NCBI GenBank assembly: GCA_964230645.1
Contig: CAXRHT010000003.1
Location: 640,001 to 704,000 of the forward strand
Length of the DNA stretch: 64,000 bases
Origin: Bdellovibrionales bacterium
GTDB taxonomy: Bacteria > Bdellovibrionota > Bdellovibrionia > Bdellovibrionales > JAGQZY01
Reading direction: 5' to 3'
In this document: positions 47,316 to 56,934 of the stretch, one piece after another
Layout of the letters: each line of letters opens with the position of its first letter
Position numbering within the stretch: position 1 is the stretch's first letter
Made by a program: the position numbers and the translations under genes
Notes under the pieces: generated by a model
Database searches by the model: none
What the model was told of the DNA's origin: nothing
Seen by the model: the letters and a program-made list of their open reading frames with translations, nothing else

Positions 47316-47482
47316 TCGTTGCTGTTGAATGAAAACTCTTGAGTCTTATTTAGGGCAGCAATCTTAATAACTTTGCCTCCCTTTAGCTTCCTCATCAAAT
47401 CTCTTCCAACTAAAAGATGAATATATCCTAAAACCAGCGAAATTCCTAGAATCCAAAAAGTTAATTTTTTTAGCTTCTTCAT
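47261..47482 (-). CDS. Possible small membrane protein
   Basis: RBS-like AAGGGG upstream; MKKLKK followed by one TM helix; 55-nt convergent overlap with dgcB. Confidence 0.4.
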   Translation of the reverse strand: MKKLKKLTFWILGISLVLGYIHLLVGRDLMRKLKGGKVIKIAALNKTQEFSFNSNDYSDFNTVTRLRPEFFEA

Positions 47483-47502
47483 GAGTTTTCCCTTTTAGAG
47501 AG

Positions 47503-48564
47503 TTAAAATTTTTGGAAAATTTCTATGTTATCAATGTCGATATGAGTGTCGGTTTCTGAGGCGAAGCTTAGATCATCTTGAGGGCCGCCACTGAATAGGG
47601 AGAAGAAAAAAGTTTCGATATTAAAGCTATTGTCGTAGCGAAAGAACATATCAACATCCAGCACTTTAACACCTTCTACCCAAATTTTTACCTTACCGTC
47701 TTTCATTCCAGGAGTATTCATCTTCACGTAGATAGAAATATTTCGCCACTGGCCTTGGAGGTCTTCGACGTTTATAAAAGAGTCATCGGCTTTCTGCCAA
47801 AAAAACTCCTGACCGTAAGGAGCTCTGGTACTTTCGGGATGATAAATATAGGAAACAAAACGAGCTTCACCACTGGTTCTCCACCAGTTCGTGCGCACAG
47901 AAAACCCATTGAAACCATCAGCACCATTTCCGCCGGTCACACCATGATGAGGCTTTGAGGGATTACTCGTTCCTCCAACCAACCCGAGCACTTTTCCTCC
48001 CTTTAAGTCAGGAGCAAAGCTATTCGGTAATCGAATACTATAATTTAAAACCGCTTCGTTCGTATTGGGAATGTCAATCTGAAATTGAGTTCCTGTGGTC
48101 TGAGTGCCAGCCTGATTGCGGGGGATCTCGATTCGTAAAAACTTCTCAGAATTTTCGTTAATGAACTTTACCCTTTGGGGATCGATTGTCTGCCACATAA
48201 TAGATGTTTCTTGTGTTTCAAAATCCTGCTCAAACATATTGAGACTGTAGCTAGAGGAATTAGAGTGGGAGTTAAAATTCTGAGAAAAGGTCTTTTCAAA
48301 AGTCGAAATTAAAGTGTTGAGTTCTTCGTAGGGGAGGGACAGATCTTCAATCTTTGGTTGAGCGGGATCTGGTTCTGTTTGCGGCCGAGGTTGTTCTCCT
48401 GAGGGGGAGTTCTCACTTTGTTCAGAACTATTAATTCCACTTCCAAGAAAATCTTTTTTTTCAAACTGACCGCTACAATTTTGGAAGACTATCAAGAGAA
48501 TCAACAGAGATAGTAGTGAGAAAGATATTTTGAATCTGAATTTGTGAAATAGATTACGCCACAC
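47503..48564 (-). CDS. Polysaccharide lyase family 14-like lipoprotein
   Basis: FQNC lipobox; KGGKVLGLVGG, GFSVRTNWW, SYIYHP, MNTPG..DGKVKIW, FFFSLFSGG. Confidence 0.75.
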   Translation of the reverse strand: MWRNLFHKFRFKISFSLLSLLILLIVFQNCSGQFEKKDFLGSGINSSEQSENSPSGEQPRPQTEPDPAQPKIEDLSLPYEELNTLISTFEKTFSQNFNSHSNSSSYSLNMFEQDFETQETSIMWQTIDPQRVKFINENSEKFLRIEIPRNQAGTQTTGTQFQIDIPNTNEAVLNYSIRLPNSFAPDLKGGKVLGLVGGTSNPSKPHHGVTGGNGADGFNGFSVRTNWWRTSGEARFVSYIYHPESTRAPYGQEFFWQKADDSFINVEDLQGQWRNISIYVKMNTPGMKDGKVKIWVEGVKVLDVDMFFRYDNSFNIETFFFSLFSGGPQDDLSFASETDTHIDIDNIEIFQKF

Positions 48565-48788
48565 CTTGTCCCCCGATACCTGAGTATAATTTTAGCATCT
48601 CAGGGTCTAGAAACAACACTCTGTGAGAAACTATTTTAAATTGAGATAGCCATGGCTCGAAATACTTAAAAATACTCTCTCGAAATACAAAATTCTTTCT
48701 TTTTCAATCTCAATACGAGATATTTAGTTTATCTTTCGTTGAAATGACCGATAGGTAAGTGTTCTAGCAGAGTTGAGGATGTGTTGAT

Positions 48789-49925
48789 ATGGCTTCACGA
48801 AGAAAATTCCTAATTCGATTGTGCCAAGCGAGCTTTTCTTTTGGGCTCTTTGCTAAAAAAGCATTGGCTCAGACCATTCCCTTTTCTTTCATGCAAACTT
48901 TACAGTCTCAGGAAGCGGGCACTTATTATTGGGGCTACTGGGGAGGCGACACACCGTTAAATCAAGACTACGATGGAAATAATGTGTTGAACGTAGCTAC
49001 CGGAAGCTCCCACCGTTTACGTGTTACGACGAATGGTGACCTCTACGCTAGGGGTGGGAATACTTACGGAGCTATTGGGGATGGAACGACTTCCTATCGA
49101 GGAAGTTGGGTTCTCGTTGACTCGTCTGAAGATTGGAAGGAAGTTCATGCTGCTTCCAATGCCTCATTTGGAATTCGCAATGATAACTCACTTTGGGCAT
49201 GGGGAAGAAACAATACCGGACAGCTGGGTGATAACACATTAATTCACCGATCTTCCCCCGTTCAGATTTCCTCCTTTACAGACTGGTCCCATTTTAGTTC
49301 GAGTGCAACTCATCGCTTGGGAGTGAGATCCAATGGAACATTGTGGGCCTGGGGGGCGAATGCGAGCGGCCAGCTCGGCGATGGAACACTGGTTGCGAAA
49401 AGCTCCCCTGTTCAAGTCGGTACGGACACGGACTGGGCTTTTGCTGCGGCTGGAAGTTCCTTTTCTTTGGCGATTAAAACAAACGGAAGTTTGTATGCCT
49501 GGGGGAACAACTCCAGTGGACAACACGGTACAGATAATCTCGTTTCGACTTCTTTGCCTGTCCAAGTGGGCTCGGACACTTTTTGGTCGAAAGCCGCGGC
49601 CGGAGATAATTCGAGTGCAGCGATTCGAACCGATGGCTCCCTATGGACCTGGGGTGGCAACTCCTACGGGGAACTAGGCGATAATACAACGACGAGTAAA
49701 TCAAGTCCGGTGCAAGTAGGGACGGACACGGACTGGCAACTGGTTGAGATGGGTAATCTTGCTACCTTAGCAATTAAAACCAATGCTCAGCTGTGGGGCT
49801 GGGGATTTCGCTACCAAAATGGTCATGGCTTTGTGACCTACAGCCAACCTGTTCAAGTAGGGACAGGGTCGAATTGGCGACAGGTGAGATCAATGGGGCA
49901 GGTGTTTGTTGGTTATCGAAAATAG
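48789..49925 (+). CDS. RCC1/BLIP-II repeat beta-propeller protein with Tat signal
   Basis: SRRKFL...ALA signal; about 6 repeats of LWAWGxNxxGQLGDxT..KSSPVQVG.DTDW. Confidence 0.9.
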   Translation: MASRRKFLIRLCQASFSFGLFAKKALAQTIPFSFMQTLQSQEAGTYYWGYWGGDTPLNQDYDGNNVLNVATGSSHRLRVTTNGDLYARGGNTYGAIGDGTTSYRGSWVLVDSSEDWKEVHAASNASFGIRNDNSLWAWGRNNTGQLGDNTLIHRSSPVQISSFTDWSHFSSSATHRLGVRSNGTLWAWGANASGQLGDGTLVAKSSPVQVGTDTDWAFAAAGSSFSLAIKTNGSLYAWGNNSSGQHGTDNLVSTSLPVQVGSDTFWSKAAAGDNSSAAIRTDGSLWTWGGNSYGELGDNTTTSKSSPVQVGTDTDWQLVEMGNLATLAIKTNAQLWGWGFRYQNGHGFVTYSQPVQVGTGSNWRQVRSMGQVFVGYRK

Positions 49926-50892
49926 CCCACTAGCTCCGCTTTGTCTTTTTGTATTCCGCCGTCCTGATCACACAAGACGCCTCTGTGAATCACTTCTTAG
50001 GAATCCTCTATTGGGAAAGACACCTATTTATGTTTTTCAAGATGGAGCGAAACAACCCTCAGATAAAACAGATACGGAAATGGTGAAAAAGATCATTGAC
50101 GAAAAACTTTCTGACTTTAAATTCCAGTACTTTCAAAGTCCCTTGAATCAGGGGCTCTCTCGGTCCATTTTAACAGGGCTAGATATGGTGTTTGAAAACC
50201 ATGCCTCGGCTATTGTCCTTGAGGATGACTTAGAGGTTTCTCCGAACTTTCTGGATTTTATGAATGAGGCTCTAAAACAGTATGAAAATGTGGAAAAAGT
50301 TTTTCATATTTCAGCCTACCAATATCCTCTACATAAATGGTTGGATGAGGATATTCACTTTCTCCGAGAACCTAACAGTTGGGGTTGGGGTACTTGGCGG
50401 GAGTCGTGGGAGTTTTTTCAAGAAGATGCGGCTCAACTCCACCAAAAAATTTTGGAGTCTGAGAAAGGCGATTGGTTTACCTATCAAGGTCAATTCGATT
50501 TCCTTTCCGATCTGAAAAATGTATCCGAAGGTAAACTTGATTCTTGGGCTGTGCGATGGTTTGCTTCTATGGTTTTACAAGATGGCTACTCTCTTTATCC
50601 TCAGAGATCCCTCATTAAAAATCATGGCTTTGATGGTTCGGGAGTGAATTGTAATCTTGATGAAACTTTGATTTCAAAGTGCCATGAGTTTAGACCGAAG
50701 AGCTGGCCGACTTTTCAGGGAGAGTCCCACTCTTTCGTTACGGCACTCAGTATTTTTCGTTCTTTTAAAATTAAAAAAGCTTTCCCTTTTTCAGATAAAG
50801 TTTGGGATTGTATAACAAATTACTTTCTTTCTTCTTCTAAGGAGGAAGCGACATCTTCCAATGTTGCCTCCCAAGAGCCAAATTCTTTTTGA
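49906..50892 (+). CDS. GT-A fold glycosyltransferase (sugar transferase)
   Basis: Motifs LAPLCLFVFRRPDH, FQDG, NQGLSRSI, IVLEDDL, SWGWGTW, SWAVRW, NHGFDGSG. Confidence 0.85.
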   Translation: MLVIENSPLAPLCLFVFRRPDHTRRLCESLLRNPLLGKTPIYVFQDGAKQPSDKTDTEMVKKIIDEKLSDFKFQYFQSPLNQGLSRSILTGLDMVFENHASAIVLEDDLEVSPNFLDFMNEALKQYENVEKVFHISAYQYPLHKWLDEDIHFLREPNSWGWGTWRESWEFFQEDAAQLHQKILESEKGDWFTYQGQFDFLSDLKNVSEGKLDSWAVRWFASMVLQDGYSLYPQRSLIKNHGFDGSGVNCNLDETLISKCHEFRPKSWPTFQGESHSFVTALSIFRSFKIKKAFPFSDKVWDCITNYFLSSSKEEATSSNVASQEPNSF

Positions 50893-51989
50893 CGGAAAAG
50901 CCGCACGCTTTTATACCAACGACTTTTTGAACCCGGCTCGGCCCAGATAAAATAGGGAAGGGTTGGCACGAGAACCCAAGTGGGCCGTCCCATACTCGCG
51001 GCAGCGTGTGCGACACTCGTACAAGATGAAATGACCAGGTCCATTTGCGCCAAGGCAGAAAAACTATCCGACCAATCTTTTAGGAGTGGATCAAGGTTAA
51101 CTGTAGAGTCCGGTACTCCTTCTCCACTGTCCCCCTTTTGGAAGCTAAAAAAGGTGACCCCCTTAACCTTTAATAGTCTTTGCAGCTCTTTAGTTTTAAT
51201 GTCGCGAAACTCCTTATGCTCAAAATGAGAAGACCCGCTCCATCGCAATCCCACCTTCAGAGTATTGGGTCGAGTTTTTTCACGAATTAAATTTTTCCAT
51301 TGTTTCATTTGCTCGACTTTTTTTAATTCCACATAGGGAGAGTCCAGGTTTTTCAATGAATCTTCACCGAGGTAAAAGACCGATGACATGGCTGGGAGCC
51401 AGTAGTCATGATAGCATCCGAGTACAAATTCTTTATCCAGGCCAAGGGAGACATAGTCTTGCTGATTGACTAATGGAAGTAAAGAGCGCTGACAGGCAAA
51501 GATCGGTTTGACTTTAAATTTGTCATGGATATGTTTTGCGAATCGAAGTGCGATAATTTCATCTCCAAATCCACCCTCACCATAGAGAAGAACTTTTGAG
51601 TAGGGAGAAATAGAGCTGTCCTCCTTTAGAATAGGGAGAGGAGAGTTTATAAGAGGATCTCCATAGGAATTTAATAATCTTCCCGACTCAAGAAGAGAAA
51701 ATCCTTCGATGATGTCGCCACGACTCATTCGGTGCCAGCCCCGGTTGAACAAGACTCGAGGATCGTTAGGAGCCAGCTTCATCAGTTTATTTGAAACTTC
51801 GAAGGCTTTCTCCTCCTCACCGATTAAGTTATAGAGAACCTGCAAGTCTATGAGAGCCGCAATTTCCTGGTCCCCTCGAATGGTCTCTAAAAAAGCAATG
51901 CCTTTTTCAATCGAACCAAAATCTTTGATCATTTGCAATGGAAGTGATTTTTTTGAACTGTATGGTCTCATCGATGTGACTACAAGCAT
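50820..51989 (-). CDS. TPR-containing GT-B (GT9-like) glycosyltransferase
   Basis: N-terminal TPR-like helices; EGGFGDEI, KVGLRWSG, DLVISSCTSVAHAAASMG, SRWYKSVRLFRQ. Confidence 0.85.
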   Translation of the reverse strand: MLVVTSMRPYSSKKSLPLQMIKDFGSIEKGIAFLETIRGDQEIAALIDLQVLYNLIGEEEKAFEVSNKLMKLAPNDPRVLFNRGWHRMSRGDIIEGFSLLESGRLLNSYGDPLINSPLPILKEDSSISPYSKVLLYGEGGFGDEIIALRFAKHIHDKFKVKPIFACQRSLLPLVNQQDYVSLGLDKEFVLGCYHDYWLPAMSSVFYLGEDSLKNLDSPYVELKKVEQMKQWKNLIREKTRPNTLKVGLRWSGSSHFEHKEFRDIKTKELQRLLKVKGVTFFSFQKGDSGEGVPDSTVNLDPLLKDWSDSFSALAQMDLVISSCTSVAHAAASMGRPTWVLVPTLPYFIWAEPGSKSRWYKSVRLFRQKEFGSWEATLEDVASSLEEERK

Positions 51990-52241
51990 ACCGAATCGAG
52001 AGCATTTGTCCAGAACAGCCTGCGATTAAAAATGGGAGCTCTCGTCGTAAGCATTCATAGTTCTACAATCCCTTTGACGAAGCCCTACCATTTGTTTCTC
52101 GCCCCTCAATGTTGCCTGCTGATCTTGTGTGAGCCTCAAACACCTTAGTTTAGTAAGATCCTGTCAAGAATGGGGGATACATGTCTTGCCCTCGTAATAA
52201 AATCCCATAAAATAGCCAGACGTTTTGGTTAGGGGAGAAAA

Positions 52242-53156
52242 ATGTTTAAAAGCCTTTTTATTTCATTACTGTTAGTGGGCATGAGCGCTCAAGCAGGATT
52301 TGTTGAAAGCATCAAAAAGAATTATTCTGAAAATTCAGGTGTTAAAGACGCTGAGCTTGTAGGCTTACTTGTTTCAAAGATTATGAAAGGCGTGAGCAAG
52401 TATCATACTAAACCTGATAAATGTGACACGTATAAAGATGTTGATTTTTGTTTTTACCAGGGCTCAGAAAGCAGTTCCACAATCATTTACGCACTCCATG
52501 GTTTTGGGCACGACAGTGAATTTTGGAGTTATAATATTGTTACGGACCATATCGAAGTCTACTGGAATCGAAATCAGATTGAAAAGCCTCATGTGGTCTC
52601 TCTTAGTCTTGGAGAGTTTTGGACATTCAGTGCAGCTATGAGAGATACATTTGATTCACTAGTGAACTATTTAGAAACAAACCTTGTTCCTTCTCCCATA
52701 TCCACTCGTCATCTTTTTGGTGATTCAATGGGGGGCTTTAATGCGATAAGTTGGTTCACACACACGGAAGTTGAATTTCACGGATTGCAATTGGTTTGCC
52801 CGGCCATTCCCGCTTCATTAATTCCCAGGTCCGACAGGTGGCAAAACAATTTTGTGGAGCCCGTGTTGTCACCGATTGCCGAATTGATTTTTGGAATCGA
52901 TTCTCCCTCGGGAATGGAATTAAATTTTGCCAATTTCTTTGATCAAATATCTAATTCCAAACATCTACAAAAGGTCACGATGATTTCAGTCGATCCCGAT
53001 TTCTTTGGTTTTCTTGAGGGGAATCAATTTCTCAATCGACAATTTCAAAACTTACTCGATGAAGGAAGCTACTACTTTGAAATACAGCAGAAAAAGATTC
53101 ATTGTACCGTGAACTCTGACCAATTAGCATTAGATCTAGCGACAGCCTATAAATAG
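52242..53156 (+). CDS. Secreted alpha/beta hydrolase (esterase-like)
   Basis: Signal peptide; YALHGFG; nucleophile elbow GDSMGG; late Asp and His. Confidence 0.8.
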   Translation: MFKSLFISLLLVGMSAQAGFVESIKKNYSENSGVKDAELVGLLVSKIMKGVSKYHTKPDKCDTYKDVDFCFYQGSESSSTIIYALHGFGHDSEFWSYNIVTDHIEVYWNRNQIEKPHVVSLSLGEFWTFSAAMRDTFDSLVNYLETNLVPSPISTRHLFGDSMGGFNAISWFTHTEVEFHGLQLVCPAIPASLIPRSDRWQNNFVEPVLSPIAELIFGIDSPSGMELNFANFFDQISNSKHLQKVTMISVDPDFFGFLEGNQFLNRQFQNLLDEGSYYFEIQQKKIHCTVNSDQLALDLATAYK

Positions 53157-53309
53157 ATGGGTTTTTAAATTGGAATTGGAAAATAATTCGCAAAAATTAT
53201 TTTTAGCACACTTGCCAAATAGGGGAATGTGAAGACCAATTCCTGGTAGATTGAGTTGAAAACAAAAAAACTTCTGGTGTAACCGATAAATCTTCACTAA
53301 GTTAGGCTT

Positions 53310-54302
53310 ATGGCAAATTTTGATCCTCAGAAGATTAGTACATTGGGTGTATACACAAGCGGTGGAGACGCCCCTGGTATGAACGCGGCGATTCGAGCTG
53401 TGGTTCGTGCCGGTATATCTAAAGGTTATAAGGTCAAAGCGATTAATGAGGGTTATAACGGTATGTTAAGAGGAGATATACATGATCTCTCTTTAAGTTC
53501 CATGGCCAATATTATCCAGCGGGGCGGCACAGTTTTGAAAACCGGTCGTTCCCCTGAGTTCCATGAAGCCCGGTCGCGTGAGCAAGCTATAAAACATCTG
53601 AAAAAAGCCCATATTGATGCTCTGATTTGTATTGGGGGCGATGGCTCATTTGCTGGCGCCCATCTTTTATGGGAGGAGCACCAATTCCCGATTGTCGGTG
53701 TTCCTGGTACAATCGATAACGATATTTGGGGTACGGACTCCACCATTGGTTTTGACACGGCCATAAACACCGCACTGAGTGCGATTGACCGTATTCGTGA
53801 TACAGCAGCCAGCCACAATCGCCTCTTCATCGTCGAAGTTATGGGCCGCCACTCTGGCTTCATAGCTATTGATGTGGGCTTAGCCGGAGGAGCTGAGGAT
53901 ATTTTTATTCCAGAGAAAAGTTCTGACATCCAGGTGACCATTGATCGGATTCAGCAGGGTATCGCACGAGGTAAAAAAAGTAGTATTCTAGTGGCCGCAG
54001 AGGGTGAGAAGCCGGGGCGAGCCTACGAAATTGCTAAAGAGTTAAAGGATAGAGCTGGGTTTGAAGCTAAAATTTGTATTTTGGGGCATATTCAGCGTGG
54101 AGGTTCTCCCACTGCAGGCGACCGTATTCTTGCCAGTCGTCTGGGTGCTTCGGCGGTGGAAACTATAGCCTCCGGAACTTGTGATGTTATGGTAGGAGTT
54201 CAGAATGGTCAGTTGGCTCAGGTGGATCTCATAGAGACCGTCAAGAATAGGAAAATAGTGGGTGAGGATTTAATTCGTTTAGCCCATACACTTTCAACCT
54301 AA
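53310..54302 (+). CDS. pfkA: ATP-dependent 6-phosphofructokinase
   Basis: Motifs TSGGDAPGMNAAIRA, IGGDGS, PGTIDND, VEVMGR, LGHIQRGG. Confidence 0.97.
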   Translation: MANFDPQKISTLGVYTSGGDAPGMNAAIRAVVRAGISKGYKVKAINEGYNGMLRGDIHDLSLSSMANIIQRGGTVLKTGRSPEFHEARSREQAIKHLKKAHIDALICIGGDGSFAGAHLLWEEHQFPIVGVPGTIDNDIWGTDSTIGFDTAINTALSAIDRIRDTAASHNRLFIVEVMGRHSGFIAIDVGLAGGAEDIFIPEKSSDIQVTIDRIQQGIARGKKSSILVAAEGEKPGRAYEIAKELKDRAGFEAKICILGHIQRGGSPTAGDRILASRLGASAVETIASGTCDVMVGVQNGQLAQVDLIETVKNRKIVGEDLIRLAHTLST

Positions 54303-54366
54303 GACGGCAGATTTATCGACTAAATTTATAGCAGGAAGGATTTCGTTTTTGCCCTGTGGAAGGGGC

Positions 54367-55089
54367 TTAATATTTGCGAACACAACGAACCCTAGTGTTA
54401 AAACTTTTTGGTGGTGTATCTTGAAAGCCGTTTGAAAAATTTTGAGCCCAGTAACCGGAGGCAGCAATTTCAGTGGAGGAGTGGTAGTAGGAAGCAGAAA
54501 AACCCGCAATCAGGGAAACCTTGCCTCCTTGACTGGTGCAGTTCACATTCTCTTGGGGGTAACTTGAATTATGAGATCCACCCGAAACGCTGGCGTAACA
54601 GTAGATATGGGCCAATTCGGATTTATTTGGAAGATACCAATCGGTATATCCCCCGAAATTCATATTGGCACAATAGTCAGCGGCGCTATCGGCAGTTACG
54701 GAACTATCGGCGATAATTGCTGCGGTGTTAATTTCACCTTTAAAACTAGACGAACTGGTGGCTGACGACGAAGCAATATTTTCTACTCCAGGAATGTCAG
54801 AGTTACCACCAGATGTGCCTCTCCATCTTTTGTTGAGTGAGTCAGTGCTTCCGTCGCAAGTCGGGGTACTTGAATCGTTACAATTTCCTGGAGTCACCAT
54901 ATAGTTTTCTCCATCGAATACACCAGCATAGATACCACCTCCAGTGCATGGACTTCCAATTGTGGGGGTTGATCCGCAAGGATCAGGAGCTGTTTTTTGA
55001 TTGAAAAAACCAAATGGTATCAATGTCGCATTTCCACAAATTGACAAAAAATAAACCAAATTGAATAACGTAATCTGAAATTTGAACAT
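54367..55089 (-). CDS. Secreted DUF1566 (Lcl-like) domain protein
   Basis: GGIYAG, AADYC...GGYTDWYLPNKSEL, YHSSTE, C-terminal VRCVRK; signal peptide. Confidence 0.8.
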   Translation of the reverse strand: MFKFQITLFNLVYFLSICGNATLIPFGFFNQKTAPDPCGSTPTIGSPCTGGGIYAGVFDGENYMVTPGNCNDSSTPTCDGSTDSLNKRWRGTSGGNSDIPGVENIASSSATSSSSFKGEINTAAIIADSSVTADSAADYCANMNFGGYTDWYLPNKSELAHIYCYASVSGGSHNSSYPQENVNCTSQGGKVSLIAGFSASYYHSSTEIAASGYWAQNFSNGFQDTPPKSFNTRVRCVRKY

Positions 55090-55241
55090 CTAAATGTCTC
55101 TTCGGCATTTTTGAAAAAAAAAGTAATAAAAGCGCATTCATAAAAGAATTCGTAATATAAAGTTGTGATTCAAATTGATTCAGCTAGAAAAGAGCGACTA
55201 CAATTTTGATCTTCTAGGTCTTTTCCAGCGTGTCTGTTTGT

Positions 55242-56129
55242 TTATCGACTAGCACCAGGACCAAAACCCTGTTGAGCGGCCCTGCCGGGACTACACTCAA
55301 AAGAGACGCCAAACTGAGTGCAGCGTTCGTTTGCAAAGCCAGCAGGAGCACTCGCTGGTGCACGTACGGTGTTGTGCACCGGTTTGATCAAATGAAGAGC
55401 CTCTCGTTGAGTGATCTCACCCACCTCAGAAAGAGTCGGGTGAAAGCTGCGATGGCGATTGAATTCATTGAGTGATTGGGGCTCAAAGGCAATAACATCT
55501 TGATTAAGAAGCCGACGTGAAAAGTTTTTAGCCACTCGTGTTCTTGGCAGAAGGACGTGGCTTGAATTTAATCGATAATTATAAACCCCTTTTGATTTCG
55601 TAAAACGACGTCCGGGAAGTCTCCCGCACTGGAAATAATTAAAAACATAGGAGACATTTTCAGGTTTTTTATAGTGAGGCCCTTGGTAACTTTTGCAACT
55701 TTTTTCATTGCCCTCTCGGCCATCAAATAAAATGAGATATTCGACATTCATGCCTTGGTCACCCATGACCTTTGCCACTCGGTAGGCCGTCGAACCTCCT
55801 AGTCCCTGTCCCATAATCGAAACTTTAGACTCGGGGGTTTGAACCATCCAACGTCGGATACAGGCGGCGATCGTGGCCGGAGTGTGGTCATGGGCGAATC
55901 TTGCGATTTGGTATTCACTGAAATTGACTTCTTCGGCGAGAGTGTGAACGGGGGAGCCAAAAGTTTCACCACCAAGACCTTCAAAAGTGACGACCAGCTG
56001 GTTGCTAGTGGTAAACTCAGGGCAGCGGAAGGCCTGAACTTTACAACTTAGAAGCAAAACAAAAACAAATAAAAACTGAGAGAAGCCCCATCGAATCCCG
56101 CGCATGCTTATTAAAAAAAGCAAATACAA
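55242..56129 (-). CDS. Secreted alpha/beta-hydrolase-fold protein lacking the nucleophile Ser
   Basis: LVVTFEGLGG; elbow reads IMGQGLGG; VEYLILFDG; NVSYVFNYFQ. Confidence 0.7.
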   Translation of the reverse strand: MYLLFLISMRGIRWGFSQFLFVFVLLLSCKVQAFRCPEFTTSNQLVVTFEGLGGETFGSPVHTLAEEVNFSEYQIARFAHDHTPATIAACIRRWMVQTPESKVSIMGQGLGGSTAYRVAKVMGDQGMNVEYLILFDGREGNEKSCKSYQGPHYKKPENVSYVFNYFQCGRLPGRRFTKSKGVYNYRLNSSHVLLPRTRVAKNFSRRLLNQDVIAFEPQSLNEFNRHRSFHPTLSEVGEITQREALHLIKPVHNTVRAPASAPAGFANERCTQFGVSFECSPGRAAQQGFGPGASR

Positions 56130-56286
56130 TGCCAGATGAAAAGCGCTCTATCAGCACTGCCTTTTTATACTTATGAGACCATGTCTAATATTTTCGACCC
56201 TGTTTCTTTCTTAGACATTCCTCTTTGTCTCACTTTGAAGCAATTCAGGGTGTTTTAGTTTTTAGAAAAGGGGCAGGTTTTCCTAA

Positions 56287-56655
56287 TTACTTTAATAAGA
56301 TTTCGGATTTAACTATTTCACAATTCTCAACTCTCACGTAGAAACTCAAAAGGCCCGCTCTTTGTGTTTGGCCCTCAATATTTTTATAAATATCCGCTGT
56401 GAAAACTTGGTACCGTACTCCTTCTAGTGCAACATTAAGACTACTTCTTATACGGAAATGACTTAAGTCAAACTGTTCCATTGATTGATTATCAAGACCG
56501 TGCTCGATGGATCTTAAGCTGACATTTTCAAGAATTTCTTCAGCTGAAATATTTCGAATTTCTCGGCTACAACTGGGTGAGTAAGACCCGGCGAGAGCCT
56601 GATTACAAAAAAAGTAAGAAAAAAATACCATAGCGGTAACAATTTTGAGACTCAT
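56287..56655 (-). CDS. Small secreted hypothetical protein
   Basis: RBS GAGGAG; signal ending ALA; Cys pair. Confidence 0.7.
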   Translation of the reverse strand: MSLKIVTAMVFFSYFFCNQALAGSYSPSCSREIRNISAEEILENVSLRSIEHGLDNQSMEQFDLSHFRIRSSLNVALEGVRYQVFTADIYKNIEGQTQRAGLLSFYVRVENCEIVKSEILLK

Positions 56656-56934
56656 TTTTTCTCCTCGGTTGTTTTAAATGAGTTTTGGGTGACGTTGAAC
56701 TCATATTTAAGTAATTAGAGCAAGACTGAAGCCAAATTTCGAACCTGGTGAATTTCACTTATGGAGGCTAGTGTGACGCTTCTTTTATATCAGTCTGGGA
56801 TATTGGAAGCTTTATGGGTTTTATAAACGAAGAAATTATTCGTATTTGCATTTACCCAAAGGTTTGTGTGCAGAGTCCTACCCTTTTTTAAACACGACCT
56901 TTGAAGGTATGAGGGAGTCCTTCACTCAAATTTT

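Noticed and set aside
49190..49880. DNA-level ~150-bp repeats as a mobile or DGR-type repeat
   Set aside because: Fully explained by the RCC1 protein repeats; no reverse transcriptase or adenine-specific template/variable pair seen
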